In this document: positions 1 through 10,055 of the stretch, piece by piece | Numbering within the stretch: the first letter of the stretch is position 1 | Layout: every line of letters begins with the position of its first letter | Origin: Proteobacteria bacterium UBA1858 | GTDB taxonomy: Bacteria > Pseudomonadota > Gammaproteobacteria > UBA4575 | Direction: 5' to 3' | DNA: 39,118 nucleotides | Assembly (NCBI GenBank): GCA_002338385.1 | Contig: DDIE01000014.1 | Coordinates: 1-39,118, forward strand | Translations under genes and position numbers: made by a program | Notes under the pieces: model-generated | What the model was told of the DNA's origin: nothing | Databases searched by the model: none | What the model saw: only the letters and a program-made list of their open reading frames with translations

Positions 1-72
1 GGCTACGGCCAACAAGGCTGTAAAATAGCCGGTATGCGCAAACCTCTGAAACTCTGGTTAGACCTGTAGCCC

Positions 73-477
73 ATGATGGCAAATCCCATGCTGATGACAG
101 GCACCGGCCTGCTGCTGGCACTGGCACTCAGCGCTTGCGCCACCACTGCACCCAAGGATACAGCGCCCAGCTATGCTTATCGCGCCCAGGGTTGGGGCGC
201 GACCTCATGCCAACAATTAACCGACGACCTGAATAATACTGCGCTCAGCCGCAAGCAAAGCGCAGCCAATACGCACCTCTATCAATCGTGGTTAAGTGGT
301 TTTATTTCAGGTGTTAATTACGCTTGGGATGATACCTACGATGTGTCAGGCAACAGTGAGGTGGAGAGTGTCCTCGCTTGGCTGAATAACTATTGCGCCG
401 AGCAACCTGAGCAAACCATCCCGCTTGCTCTGCATGTACTCATGCAGGAATGGCAGCGCCAGGGTAATTCGCGCTAG
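73..477 (+). CDS. putative lipoprotein, function unknown
   Basis: 134-aa ORF. The N-terminus MMANPMLMTGTGLLLALALSAC is a signal peptide with a lipobox (L-S-A-C). The mature part carries one further Cys pair (GATSCQQL, NNYCAEQP). No family recognised with certainty. Confidence 0.6.
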   Translation: MMANPMLMTGTGLLLALALSACATTAPKDTAPSYAYRAQGWGATSCQQLTDDLNNTALSRKQSAANTHLYQSWLSGFISGVNYAWDDTYDVSGNSEVESVLAWLNNYCAEQPEQTIPLALHVLMQEWQRQGNSR

Positions 478-1046
478 CAGCCCTGTACCATCTGCTCAAG
501 TTCCGCCAACATGGCTTCGCGTGCCGCATCATCCACCATAGTGACCGAGTAAAATACGCGATCAATAATGTCGGTAATACCACAAAACGCCAGCGTGCCC
601 TCAGTGGTACTCTTAGTCAGTTGATCGGCATTCTTACCAAAATCCTCTTTTGTTCCACCGGCTGTGACGACCACCATGGCGCGCTTGTTATGCAATAAAC
701 CGGTGAGGCCATTCTCATCAAAACTAAAGGCATAACCATTGGTGAAGACGCGATCGAACCAGCCTTTGAGGATGGCCGGACGATCAAACCACCAGAGTGG
801 ATAAATGACCACGATCATATCTGCCCACGTCACCTGTTCTTGTTCTCGCTTAATATCATCGGGCACTTTACCTTCGTTCTGTAAGGAGAGTTGCGCCTCG
901 CCCAGAACAGGATCAAAACGCTCAGCGTATAAATCTTTCAACTGAACTTGATCGCCGCGTTTTTTAAAAGCGGTATTAATGACTTTCAAAATAGATTGAT
1001 TGAAGCTCAAGGGATTAGGATGAGCGTAAACAATGAGCACATTCAT
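474..1046 (-). CDS. flavodoxin-like-fold NAD(P)H dehydrogenase (quinone) family protein
   Basis: 190-aa ORF. The N-terminus MNVLIVYAHPNPLSFN and the overall layout are typical of Flavodoxin_2 / NQO1-KefF-like NAD(P)H oxidoreductases. Its stop codon overlaps the stop of the convergent lipoprotein gene (CTAG at 474-477). Confidence 0.8.
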   Translation of the reverse strand: MNVLIVYAHPNPLSFNQSILKVINTAFKKRGDQVQLKDLYAERFDPVLGEAQLSLQNEGKVPDDIKREQEQVTWADMIVVIYPLWWFDRPAILKGWFDRVFTNGYAFSFDENGLTGLLHNKRAMVVVTAGGTKEDFGKNADQLTKSTTEGTLAFCGITDIIDRVFYSVTMVDDAAREAMLAELEQMVQGC

Positions 1047-1064
1047 AGTATGTATTGAGTTGGA

Positions 1065-2498
1065 TTAACTTAATTTTTGTTTAAGTATCTGGTTGACCTG
1101 CTGAGGATTAGCTTTGCCTTTAGTTGCTTTCATCACTTGACCAACAAAGAAACCGAATACCTTATCTTTCCCGGCGCGATACTGAGCCACCTGCTGAGGA
1201 TTAGCCGCCACTACTTGTTGGATAATCGTCTCAAGCTCACCCGTATCAGACATTTGTTCGAGACCTTGTTCAGCAATGATTTGATCGACAGATTGGGTGC
1301 CGTTCCAGAGGGCCTGAAAGACCTGTTTGGCGCTTTTAGAGGACAGCGTATTATCGCTGATGCGCAATAATAAGGTTGCCAGTCGCTCGGCATTGACGGG
1401 ACTATCAGCCACCTCAATCGCGTTTTGATTGAGCGCCGCAGAAAATTCACCCAATACCCAGTTCGCTACTAGCTTGGCTGGCAAGGATTGCTGTGCCAAG
1501 ACTTGTTCAAAGAATTCTGCCATCGCACGTGTAGCTGTCAACTGTTGTGCATCATCGACACTCAGGCCATATACCTCGAGGAACCGTTGTTGTTTCTGCT
1601 CTGGCAACTCTGGCATGTTGGCTTGCAACTCAGCCAACAGTGAGGCATCAAGTACTACCGGCAATAAATCAGGATCAGGGAAATAGCGATAATCGTTGGC
1701 TTCTTCCTTACTGCGCATGGAGCGTGTGGAATCATCATCAGCATCATATAAACGTGTTTCCTGAACAACTCTGCCACCCGACTCGAGTACTTCAATTTGG
1801 CGCTCAACTTCATAATTGATCGCACGCTCAACGAAGCGGAAAGAATTAATATTCTTCAACTCTGTGCGCGTACCCAACTTAGTTTCACCCTTGGGTCGCA
1901 CCGAGACATTGGCATCGCAGCGGAATGAACCCTCCTGCATATTACCGTCAGAAATATCTAGATACTGCACAATCGCATGAATCTTACGCATATAGGCTAC
2001 TGCTTCTCTAGCTGAGCGCAAATCTGGCTCAGAGACAATCTCAATTAATGGTGTGCCTGCGCGGTTGAGATCTATTCCTGTCATACCATCAAAATCATCA
2101 TGCAGGGACTTGCCTGCATCTTCTTCTAGATGTGCGCGAGTAATGCCTATTGTTTTAGGGGTGCCATCATCCAGCATAATATCGAGCTGACCATGCTCAA
2201 CAATGGGTTTTTCCAGCTGACTGATTTGATAGGCTTTGGGTAAATCTGGATAAAAGTAGTTTTTGCGTTCAAATACGGAGTGCTCAGCAATATCGGCGTG
2301 GATAGCAAGACCAAACATCACTGCTTTTCTCACCACCTCTTTATTCAGTACCGGCAACACGCCGGGTAACGCTAGACTGACCTCACAGGCTTGTGTATTT
2401 GGTTCTGCTCCGTAGGCGGTGGCCGCCCCGGAAAATATTTTCGTTTGAGTATTCAGCTGGCAATGAATCTCCAAACCAATCACTGTTTCCCATTGCAT
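1065..2498 (-). CDS. gatB: Asp-tRNA(Asn)/Glu-tRNA(Gln) amidotransferase subunit B
   Basis: 477-aa ORF. The N-terminus [17 protein letters not shown] and the C-terminal tail ([17 protein letters not shown]) are characteristic of GatB. It is the last gene of a gatC-gatA-gatB array on the minus strand. Confidence 0.97.
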   Translation of the reverse strand: MQWETVIGLEIHCQLNTQTKIFSGAATAYGAEPNTQACEVSLALPGVLPVLNKEVVRKAVMFGLAIHADIAEHSVFERKNYFYPDLPKAYQISQLEKPIVEHGQLDIMLDDGTPKTIGITRAHLEEDAGKSLHDDFDGMTGIDLNRAGTPLIEIVSEPDLRSAREAVAYMRKIHAIVQYLDISDGNMQEGSFRCDANVSVRPKGETKLGTRTELKNINSFRFVERAINYEVERQIEVLESGGRVVQETRLYDADDDSTRSMRSKEEANDYRYFPDPDLLPVVLDASLLAELQANMPELPEQKQQRFLEVYGLSVDDAQQLTATRAMAEFFEQVLAQQSLPAKLVANWVLGEFSAALNQNAIEVADSPVNAERLATLLLRISDNTLSSKSAKQVFQALWNGTQSVDQIIAEQGLEQMSDTGELETIIQQVVAANPQQVAQYRAGKDKVFGFFVGQVMKATKGKANPQQVNQILKQKLS

Positions 2499-2517
2499 AG
2501 TGTTTTATCCTAATCTC

Positions 2518-3966
2518 TTACTCGAAACTGGCAGGTATTTGCAGATGATGGCTGGTCTGTTGTTGATATTGGTGCGCCAGTCTCAAAATCACATCTTCCT
2601 TGAAATAATTACTCACCAGTTGCATCCCAACTGGCAGACCCGACTGCAAACCGATCGGCACAGACAAGCCAGGTAGGCCGGCCAGATTGACGCCTATGGT
2701 AAAGATGTCGGATAAATACATCGTCACTGGGTCGTCTGATTTTTCGTTAATTTTAAATGCAGTAGTGGGTGCGGTCGGGCTGAGCACCGCATCGACCTCG
2801 GCAAAGGCCTGGCTATAATCCTGACTGATTAAACGGCGAATCTTTTGTGCCTTAATGTAGTAAGCATCGTAATAACCGGCAGATAAAGCATATGTGCCTA
2901 TCATAATACGCCGTTTCACTTCTTCGCCAAATGCCTCACTGCGGCTGCGACTGTACATGTCTTCTAAATCGCGTGGATTCTGGCAGCGATAACCGTAGCG
3001 GGCACCGTCGTAGCGTGACAGATTTGACGATGCCTCAGCAGGTGCAATGACATAGTATGCGGCAATCGCTAATTCTGCGTTAGGTAATGAGATAGGTTTT
3101 ATTTCACAACCTAATGACGTCAACACTTCGCAGGCGTGTTGGATATGTGCCGCAATTTCCGAGTCCAGACCCTGCTCAAAGAATTCTTTAGGCATACCGA
3201 TACGCATGCCTTTGACCGTCTGCTCAAGATCAGCGACATAGTCGGGCACCGGCAGATCGACACTGGTGGAGTCTTTATCATCATGCCCCGCCATGGTTTG
3301 CAGGAGATAGGCACAGTCCTCAGCAGTGACTGCCATCGGCCCACCTTGATCCAAGCTTGAGGCATAAGCGATCATGCCGTATCGCGACACTCGGCCATAA
3401 GTTGGCTTGAGTCCGGTGATACCACATAACGCGGCTGGCTGACGAATGGAACCTCCGGTATCCGTACCCAGACTGGCGCTCGCCAGGCGTGCAGCCACGG
3501 CGACTGCGGATCCTCCTGAGGATCCTCCCGGCACTCGCGAGGTGTCCCAAGGATTTTTTACCGCGCCATAAAAACTGGACTCGGAGGAAGAACCCATCGC
3601 GAACTCATCCATATTAGTTTTACCCAAGGTCACCACCCCTGCTTGCTTGAGCTTTTTAACGACCGTTGCGTCGTAAGGGGCAACAAAATTATCCAGCATT
3701 TTTGAGCCGCATGTTGTCGCTGTGCCATCGCTACAAAATAAATCTTTAAGGGCGATTGGGATGCCTTTCAGGACAGAGGTTTGGTGTCTATCAGCGTCGG
3801 CCTGTTTCGCCTGCTCAATAGCCTGTTCGGCCAGTACTGTGATAAAGCTGTTGAGCTGTCCGTCATGTGCCTCGATACGGTCAATATAATGGCGGGTTAA
3901 TTCTTCACTACTAATTTGTTTGGCCGCCAGGGCTTTAGCTTGTTGAGCGAGCGTGAGTTTGTGCAT
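2518..3966 (-). CDS. gatA: Asp-tRNA(Asn)/Glu-tRNA(Gln) amidotransferase subunit A
   Basis: 482-aa ORF with the amidase signature ([27 protein letters not shown]). It sits 19 nt upstream of gatB. Confidence 0.97.
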   Translation of the reverse strand: MHKLTLAQQAKALAAKQISSEELTRHYIDRIEAHDGQLNSFITVLAEQAIEQAKQADADRHQTSVLKGIPIALKDLFCSDGTATTCGSKMLDNFVAPYDATVVKKLKQAGVVTLGKTNMDEFAMGSSSESSFYGAVKNPWDTSRVPGGSSGGSAVAVAARLASASLGTDTGGSIRQPAALCGITGLKPTYGRVSRYGMIAYASSLDQGGPMAVTAEDCAYLLQTMAGHDDKDSTSVDLPVPDYVADLEQTVKGMRIGMPKEFFEQGLDSEIAAHIQHACEVLTSLGCEIKPISLPNAELAIAAYYVIAPAEASSNLSRYDGARYGYRCQNPRDLEDMYSRSRSEAFGEEVKRRIMIGTYALSAGYYDAYYIKAQKIRRLISQDYSQAFAEVDAVLSPTAPTTAFKINEKSDDPVTMYLSDIFTIGVNLAGLPGLSVPIGLQSGLPVGMQLVSNYFKEDVILRLAHQYQQQTSHHLQIPASFE

Positions 3967-4024
3967 AGTTTTGCTTGGCTAAGATTGTCTATCAGTTAAT
4001 GGTCGAACGAGTCTGTAAGCAGAC

Positions 4025-4312
4025 CTACTCAATCACTTTAGGCACCAGGTACAACCCGTCCTGAGTCGCCGGGGCGATCGCTTGAAATTTAGCGCGTTGA
4101 TTAAATTCCGTGATGACATCTGCACGCAGAGGTTGCATCATTTCCTGCGGATGAGCCATTGGTTCGACATGGTCAACATTGACGCTATTCATTTGCTCAA
4201 CAAAATCAAGTATGCGCGTTAACTCTCGCTTATATTGATACACTTGTGAGTCACCAAGCTGCAAGTTTGCCAATTTGGCAATATAGAGAACATCATCGTT
4301 GGTCAGGGCCAT
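4025..4312 (-). CDS. gatC: Asp-tRNA(Asn)/Glu-tRNA(Gln) amidotransferase subunit C
   Basis: 95-aa ORF directly upstream of gatA. Size, position and sequence (IAKLANLQL ... VDHVEPMAHP) fit GatC. Confidence 0.9.
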   Translation of the reverse strand: MALTNDDVLYIAKLANLQLGDSQVYQYKRELTRILDFVEQMNSVNVDHVEPMAHPQEMMQPLRADVITEFNQRAKFQAIAPATQDGLYLVPKVIE

Positions 4313-4468
4313 AATTCACTCCAATTCGAGGCTCATGAAGGTAACATACAAAGGCTTATTTTTATATCTGGCGAAGCGCTGATTTGGCTGGCAATACTAG
4401 TGGTTTTACCTCATTAGTTGTATCTCCAGCCACTTCTTGCCCCAAACTGACCTCGCTGTTAAAGTGCC

Positions 4469-4477
4469 TGCTATAAT
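4469..4477 (+). promoter_or_regulatory. candidate extended -10 element (TGcTATAAT) for mreB
   Basis: TGCTATAAT lies 45 nt upstream of the mreB ATG, in the 209-nt gatC/mreB divergent intergenic region. No convincing -35 was seen. Confidence 0.3.
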
Positions 4478-4497
4478 TCAATGATTTATAAGAATAA

Positions 4498-5565
<1,068 letters not shown>

Positions 5566-5622
5566 CGACCAGATTTGACTCCCGCCTAGCGCATAGTCAG
5601 CTCGTGACACTGGAGATAGACC

Positions 5623-6474
5623 ATAAAAGCTTTATTTTCAATTTCACCCACCTTACCAACTAAGCTGTTCTTCTTGGTTCTTCTCTCCGTCATATGCATG
5701 ATCGTCGACCATCGCTACCATCACTTACAGTTATTACGTGCTTCTGTCGCCACCCTCACCTATCCGTTTCAGTACATTGTTAATCTACCCTCTGATCTGA
5801 GTAATATCGCGAATGAATTGTTGGCCTCGCGGCATGCACTCATCAAAGAGAACAGAATGTTGCGTGAGGAGAATATATTCCACCAAGTAAAGCTGCAGCG
5901 CTTGGCCTTACTGGAGCGCGAAAATGCCCGTCTGAGGGATCTATTGGAGTCAACCGAGCAACTGTCTGATGAGCATATTCTGATTGCCGAGATTTTATCG
6001 GTCGATCTGCATCCGTTTAGGCAAGTGATCACAATTAATAAAGGTCAGGATGATGGTGCTTATCAAGGCCAACCTATTGTTGGTGCGCAAGGAATTATTG
6101 GTCAGTTAGTTGACATTTATCCCGTCCATTCCACTGCCTTGCTGATCTCAGACCCTAATCACGCACTCCTGGCGGAAAGCAACAGAACTAATTTACGCGC
6201 CTTGTTAGTGGGTAATGGCCAAGCGAAATATCTATCTTTGCAAAACGTTTCATCCTCAGCGGATATTCGCATCGGTGATCTATTTCACACCTCAGGCCTG
6301 GATGAGGTCTATCCAGCGAACTATCCTATTGCTGAAGTCATCAGTATTAACAGTTTACCTGGTGAACCCTTCCTGCAAGTTGCCGCTCGTCCGTTGGTGG
6401 ATTTGAACACAATACGCGAAGTGCTCTTGTTATGGACCGGCGAACGGGCCGCACAGCTGAGGCCTGCACCATGA
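5623..6474 (+). CDS. mreC: rod shape-determining protein MreC (probable non-canonical ATA start; first canonical start is TTG 5674)
   Basis: The ORF track starts at TTG 5674. The in-frame codons 5623-5673 encode IKALFSISPTLPTKLFF, which aligns with the conserved MreC N-terminus as I recall it from E. coli (MKPIFSRGPSLQIRL). GGAG at 5612-5615 sits 7 nt upstream of ATA 5623, and an in-frame TAG lies at 5617. The rest of the protein (coiled-coil ENRMLREE, beta-barrel region) is MreC-like. Confidence 0.88.
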   Translation: MKALFSISPTLPTKLFFLVLLSVICMIVDHRYHHLQLLRASVATLTYPFQYIVNLPSDLSNIANELLASRHALIKENRMLREENIFHQVKLQRLALLERENARLRDLLESTEQLSDEHILIAEILSVDLHPFRQVITINKGQDDGAYQGQPIVGAQGIIGQLVDIYPVHSTALLISDPNHALLAESNRTNLRALLVGNGQAKYLSLQNVSSSADIRIGDLFHTSGLDEVYPANYPIAEVISINSLPGEPFLQVAARPLVDLNTIREVLLLWTGERAAQLRPAP

Positions 6475-6956
6475 ATCGGACAGGCAACTATTTCACCACA
6501 TTAGTCGGCTCCTTCATGCTTGCGATCGTGCTGACTTTCATCCCTGTACCTCACTGGGCTGAGCCTTATCGCCCTGAATGGCTGATGTTGGTGACCATCT
6601 ATTGGGGCATGCATACACCGAATAAATTCAGCCTAGGTTCAGCCTGGCTGGCTGGACTCACCCTGGATGTTTTGCGAGGTGCCCTGCTAGGCCAACACGC
6701 ACTGGGCTTTGCCATCACCGCATTCCTCGCCATTCGCCTGCATCAGCGAGTGCGCGTCTACCCTATCCATCAACAGGCATTGTTTGTTGGCATGATTATG
6801 TTGCCCTATATGAGTGTCACGCTATGGATTTATGGCGCATTAAGCCAGAGTACAGATTCTTGGCTCTACTGGATGCCGGTGATTACCAGTACGGCATGCT
6901 GGCCGATTGTGGTACTGGGCATTCGGGCCACTGGCTATGCCAGAGAATTAGCCTAG
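6471..6956 (+). CDS. mreD: rod shape-determining protein MreD
   Basis: ATG 6471 overlaps the mreC stop (ATGA). It encodes a 161-aa polytopic hydrophobic protein in the canonical mreBCD position. The longer ORF starting at 6432 overlaps mreC and was rejected. Confidence 0.85.
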   Translation: MNRTGNYFTTLVGSFMLAIVLTFIPVPHWAEPYRPEWLMLVTIYWGMHTPNKFSLGSAWLAGLTLDVLRGALLGQHALGFAITAFLAIRLHQRVRVYPIHQQALFVGMIMLPYMSVTLWIYGALSQSTDSWLYWMPVITSTACWPIVVLGIRATGYARELA

Positions 6957-6964
6957 CGCATGGC

Positions 6965-7903
6965 TTATTTGCGTGCGCGCATTTTTTCCAACTGTTTAGA
7001 AAATTCTATGCACGGGTCTTGGTTGGTGTCGCTGGGTGTGAAAATCACAATATCATAGGGTGCCAGCTCCGAGTCACGCGGCCAATAATCAGTCGCTTCA
7101 AGTCGCTCTGGGTGGACCGGCAAAATGGCAATGCTGAGAGAAGCTTTAGCCAGTTTCTCTAACTGTGCAGGCACCCCAATATCCTTACGTATGTGGGTGC
7201 TGCCAGCAAGCAATACGGCTTTTGTTTGAATGCTCGACGCAGCCACGCCAATCGCCATGGAGGTGTCTTTTGCCATCTGTACGTGAGCCATACCCTGAGT
7301 ATGTTCAATCGGCATGTAACCACAGTGTGAGTGATAAATGGTCTGTTTGATGTACTCTTGTCCGCTCGCGGGCAAGGCCTGACAAAGATTGACTGAATGC
7401 GCTTGAATATCAAACTGACAGCGTTGTGGATCGCGCATGATTAAGTGCTGCTGCGGCTTGTCAATGTTGCCACCATACAACCCGAGCTGCGCTAGTCTGG
7501 CGACATTAATCACCGGTTGATACACCGGCCAATCCCATCCCGGCGACACTTTTTCCAGCTGTTGCACAAGCTGTTCGGAGGATTTTTGCTGAGTTTCAAC
7601 ATCATCACCTGCATTGAGCATTTCAAGTACCAATGTCAGCGCATGGCCACCATCAATCAGTGTTTGGATAATATTGGCCTGCAGTTGATGATGGTCAGGG
7701 TTAGAGTGGGTCTCGCCCAACAATATAATGTCCTGAGCGGCAATCATTTCGGTTAGACTATCGCTATCTATAAATTCTTCCGCCGCCACATCATATGTTT
7801 TACCGACCAGCACATGATCGCGATAATAAGCAGACTGCCACTGCGCATGCACAGGCAGAATAATCACACTCGCCAATATTAAAAGCCGACTAAAACTATA
7901 CAT
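6965..7903 (-). CDS. ChaN/Tiki-superfamily (DUF399) haem-binding-type periplasmic protein
   Basis: 312-aa ORF with an N-terminal signal peptide (MYSFSRLLILASVIILPVHA). The motif ILLGETHSNPDHHQLQ is typical of the ChaN family. GAGG lies 7 nt upstream of the start. Confidence 0.72.
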   Translation of the reverse strand: MYSFSRLLILASVIILPVHAQWQSAYYRDHVLVGKTYDVAAEEFIDSDSLTEMIAAQDIILLGETHSNPDHHQLQANIIQTLIDGGHALTLVLEMLNAGDDVETQQKSSEQLVQQLEKVSPGWDWPVYQPVINVARLAQLGLYGGNIDKPQQHLIMRDPQRCQFDIQAHSVNLCQALPASGQEYIKQTIYHSHCGYMPIEHTQGMAHVQMAKDTSMAIGVAASSIQTKAVLLAGSTHIRKDIGVPAQLEKLAKASLSIAILPVHPERLEATDYWPRDSELAPYDIVIFTPSDTNQDPCIEFSKQLEKMRARK

Positions 7904-9007
7904 ATGATTGCCTCGATTCCTTCAATTCCCTCAGTCATTACTCACTGTGCGGAATTAGATCAATTTGTCGAACGCGTCCAAGACGCGGAGTGGATTGCTG
8001 TAGATACTGAATTTATGCGAGATTCCACCTACTATGCAAAACTGTGTCTAGTTCAAATCGCCAGTGCTGATTGCAGCGCCTGTATTGATGTACTCAAGCT
8101 GGATGATCACAGCCGTCTGCTCGAACTCTTGCAATCACCACAGCAGATAAAAATTTTCCATTCTGCACGCCAAGATATTGAGGTTCTCCATTCTGAATAT
8201 GATCTCATACCCCAACCTGTTTTTGACAGCCAGATTGCCGCCAGTATTCTCGGCCTGGATGAGCAAATCAGTTACGCTGAGCTAGTCTCACAGATCTTAG
8301 ACGTGCATTTAGCGAAAACCGAGAGTCGCACTGACTGGTCGCGCCGACCGCTAACATCAGCTCAGATTAATTATGCGCTGGATGATGTGCGCCACTTGGG
8401 GCCACTCTATCTGCACCTCAAAAAGCAACTTGAAGACAACCAACGCGTACACTGGTTAGATGAAGAATGTACAGGCCTGTGCAATAAACAGCAATATGTT
8501 GTCGCTCCCGAACATGCCTGGCAACAAGTCAAAGGTGTCGGTCGTCTGGCACCAGAAATTCTCCCCATCACGCAAGCATTGGCTGCCTGGCGAGAAACGA
8601 CCGCAATCGAAAAAAATCTGCCCAGGCGCTGGATACTGAGTGATCAAAGTATCCTGCAGCTGGCCGAGGATAAACCACGGAGCGAGGCTCAAGTGACTAT
8701 GTCACTGCGCAAAGACTCATCTAAGTCTCTGCGCTACAGTAAAGTGATTAGCACTCTGCTCGAGCAGGCCTATAAAAACACTCATCCACTGCACTTCGTT
8801 GATCGACGCCTGAGCCGTGAGCAGCAAGATCTGGTCAAACGTATGATGAAGGTCAGCCGCAAACGCTCCGAGCTGATTGGCACTTCCGCATCGTTGTTAG
8901 CTAACCGTAAATCAATTGTTAGTTTGGTGTTAGGACTGGAGAGTAAGATTATGCAAGGCTGGCGCCGCCAAGAGATTGGTCAGGACTTAATGAATATGCT
9001 GAATTGA
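7904..9007 (+). CDS. rnd: ribonuclease D
   Basis: 367-aa ORF with DEDD 3'-5' exonuclease motifs (IAVDTEFMRDSTYY, HSARQDIEVL, YALDDVRHL) and a C-terminal HRDC-like region. Confidence 0.93.
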   Translation: MIASIPSIPSVITHCAELDQFVERVQDAEWIAVDTEFMRDSTYYAKLCLVQIASADCSACIDVLKLDDHSRLLELLQSPQQIKIFHSARQDIEVLHSEYDLIPQPVFDSQIAASILGLDEQISYAELVSQILDVHLAKTESRTDWSRRPLTSAQINYALDDVRHLGPLYLHLKKQLEDNQRVHWLDEECTGLCNKQQYVVAPEHAWQQVKGVGRLAPEILPITQALAAWRETTAIEKNLPRRWILSDQSILQLAEDKPRSEAQVTMSLRKDSSKSLRYSKVISTLLEQAYKNTHPLHFVDRRLSREQQDLVKRMMKVSRKRSELIGTSASLLANRKSIVSLVLGLESKIMQGWRRQEIGQDLMNMLN

Positions 9008-9054
9008 TAGCAGTCATGCTAAACTTCGCGCGGACAAAATTAAGGGATTGAGCA

Positions 9055-9297
9055 ATGGAAACAAGTGAAATCAAAGCATTAATCGAACAGGGCATCGACG
9101 GTTCAGAAGCGATCGTAACCGGCGATGGAGGCAAGTACGAGGCGGTTGTCATCAGCACGGCATTCGAGGGTCTCAGTATGCTGAAAGAACATCAGTTGGT
9201 TTATGCCACGGTCAACGCGCAAATCACCAGTGGTGAACTGCATGCGCTCACCATCAAGGCGTATACGCCTGAGGAATGGCAGCAGAAAAACAGCTAG
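9055..9297 (+). CDS. ibaG: BolA-family protein IbaG (YrbA-like)
   Basis: 80-aa ORF. It is collinear with E. coli IbaG as I recall it (..VTGDGGKYEAVVIS..F.G.S..K.HQ.VY.......I.....HAL.IKAYTPEEW). Confidence 0.85.
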   Translation: METSEIKALIEQGIDGSEAIVTGDGGKYEAVVISTAFEGLSMLKEHQLVYATVNAQITSGELHALTIKAYTPEEWQQKNS

Positions 9298-9319
9298 CGT
9301 AGTGTTTAAAAACTCGCCT

Positions 9320-9345
9320 AAGACAGGCCTATGACCGCCTGTCTT
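9320..9345. terminator. bidirectional hairpin terminator between convergent ibaG and cytochrome c genes
   Basis: Perfect 9-bp stem AAGACAGGC / GCCTGTCTT with an 8-nt loop. It lies 23 nt after the ibaG stop and 18 nt after the cytochrome c stop, followed by TTTA on the plus strand. Confidence 0.6.
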
Positions 9346-9362
9346 TAACTCACGCCGATTGC

Positions 9363-9692
9363 TTACTCGGGTAAACCAAAGGGATGGAGGCCATCCAGGC
9401 TCGAGTAATAAGCCGCAAGATCCTTCATATCCTCATCACTTAGTGCGGCAGATATACCCGTCATGATGGCATTATTGCGCCCACCATTCTTGTAACTAGT
9501 GAGTGCATGATAGATATAGTCCTCATACTGACCCGCAATATTCGGAAACATCGGTGTTGCACTCATGCCGTTCTCTCCATGACAAGCGACACAAGTTGCC
9601 GATTTTTCTTTCCCAGCCAATGCATTACCCGCTGCCAGCGCTGTCGCAGTGAACGCGATTTGCACTATCAACACAATGATTAAGTGTTTCAT
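9363..9692 (-). CDS. monohaem class I c-type cytochrome (cytochrome c4 half-domain-like)
   Basis: 109-aa ORF with a signal peptide, the haem motif CVACH, a distal Met region (NNAIMTGI), and the c4-like motif PNIAGQYEDYIYHALTSYKNGGR. Confidence 0.85.
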   Translation of the reverse strand: MKHLIIVLIVQIAFTATALAAGNALAGKEKSATCVACHGENGMSATPMFPNIAGQYEDYIYHALTSYKNGGRNNAIMTGISAALSDEDMKDLAAYYSSLDGLHPFGLPE

Positions 9693-9737
9693 TTAATTTC
9701 CTTTCGATACTGAATTTGCAATTTTTTGAGCGTGTGG

Positions 9738-10055
9738 TTACTGCATGCCTGCTAGATAGGCTGAAATGTCGTCAATATCTTGATCGGTCATTCCACTTGC
9801 CTGCGCATGCATGGTTTTATGAGTACGCTCACCCGAGCGGTAGGCCTTGAGCGCTGCAACGATGTAAGCTTCGTGCTGACCACCTAATTTAGGCACTTTG
9901 TAAGTGGGATAGACGTTGGTGTAGCTGGTCACGCCATGGCAACCTAAACAGGTTTCGCCGATAATCGCACCGCGTTTTGCATCACCCGCCGCGAACGACA
10001 CTGAGCTGAGGAGGATTAGGCCGAAAATAATTGTACGTACAACATGTGAAATCAT
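9738..10055 (-). CDS. monohaem class I c-type cytochrome (cytochrome c4 half-domain-like)
   Basis: 105-aa ORF with a signal peptide, the haem motif CLGCH, a distal Met region (HKTMHAQ), and the c4-like motif PKLGGQHEAYIVAALKAYRSGER. Confidence 0.85.
   Translation of the reverse strand: MISHVVRTIIFGLILLSSVSFAAGDAKRGAIIGETCLGCHGVTSYTNVYPTYKVPKLGGQHEAYIVAALKAYRSGERTHKTMHAQASGMTDQDIDDISAYLAGMQ

Noticed and set aside
1-69. Frame +1 is open from the window edge to TAG 67-69 (…GYGQQGCKIAGMRKPLKLWLDL*), possibly the 3' end of an upstream gene.
   Set aside because: With only 22 codons visible and no recognisable motif, it cannot be supported as a feature, although it is probably real coding sequence.
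3508-3528. The tandem repeat GGATCCTCC-TGA-GGATCCTCC, which looks like a short repeat or cloning-site artefact (two BamHI sites).
   Set aside because: It is the reverse complement of the codons for the GGSSGGS amidase signature of GatA, so it is explained by protein sequence.
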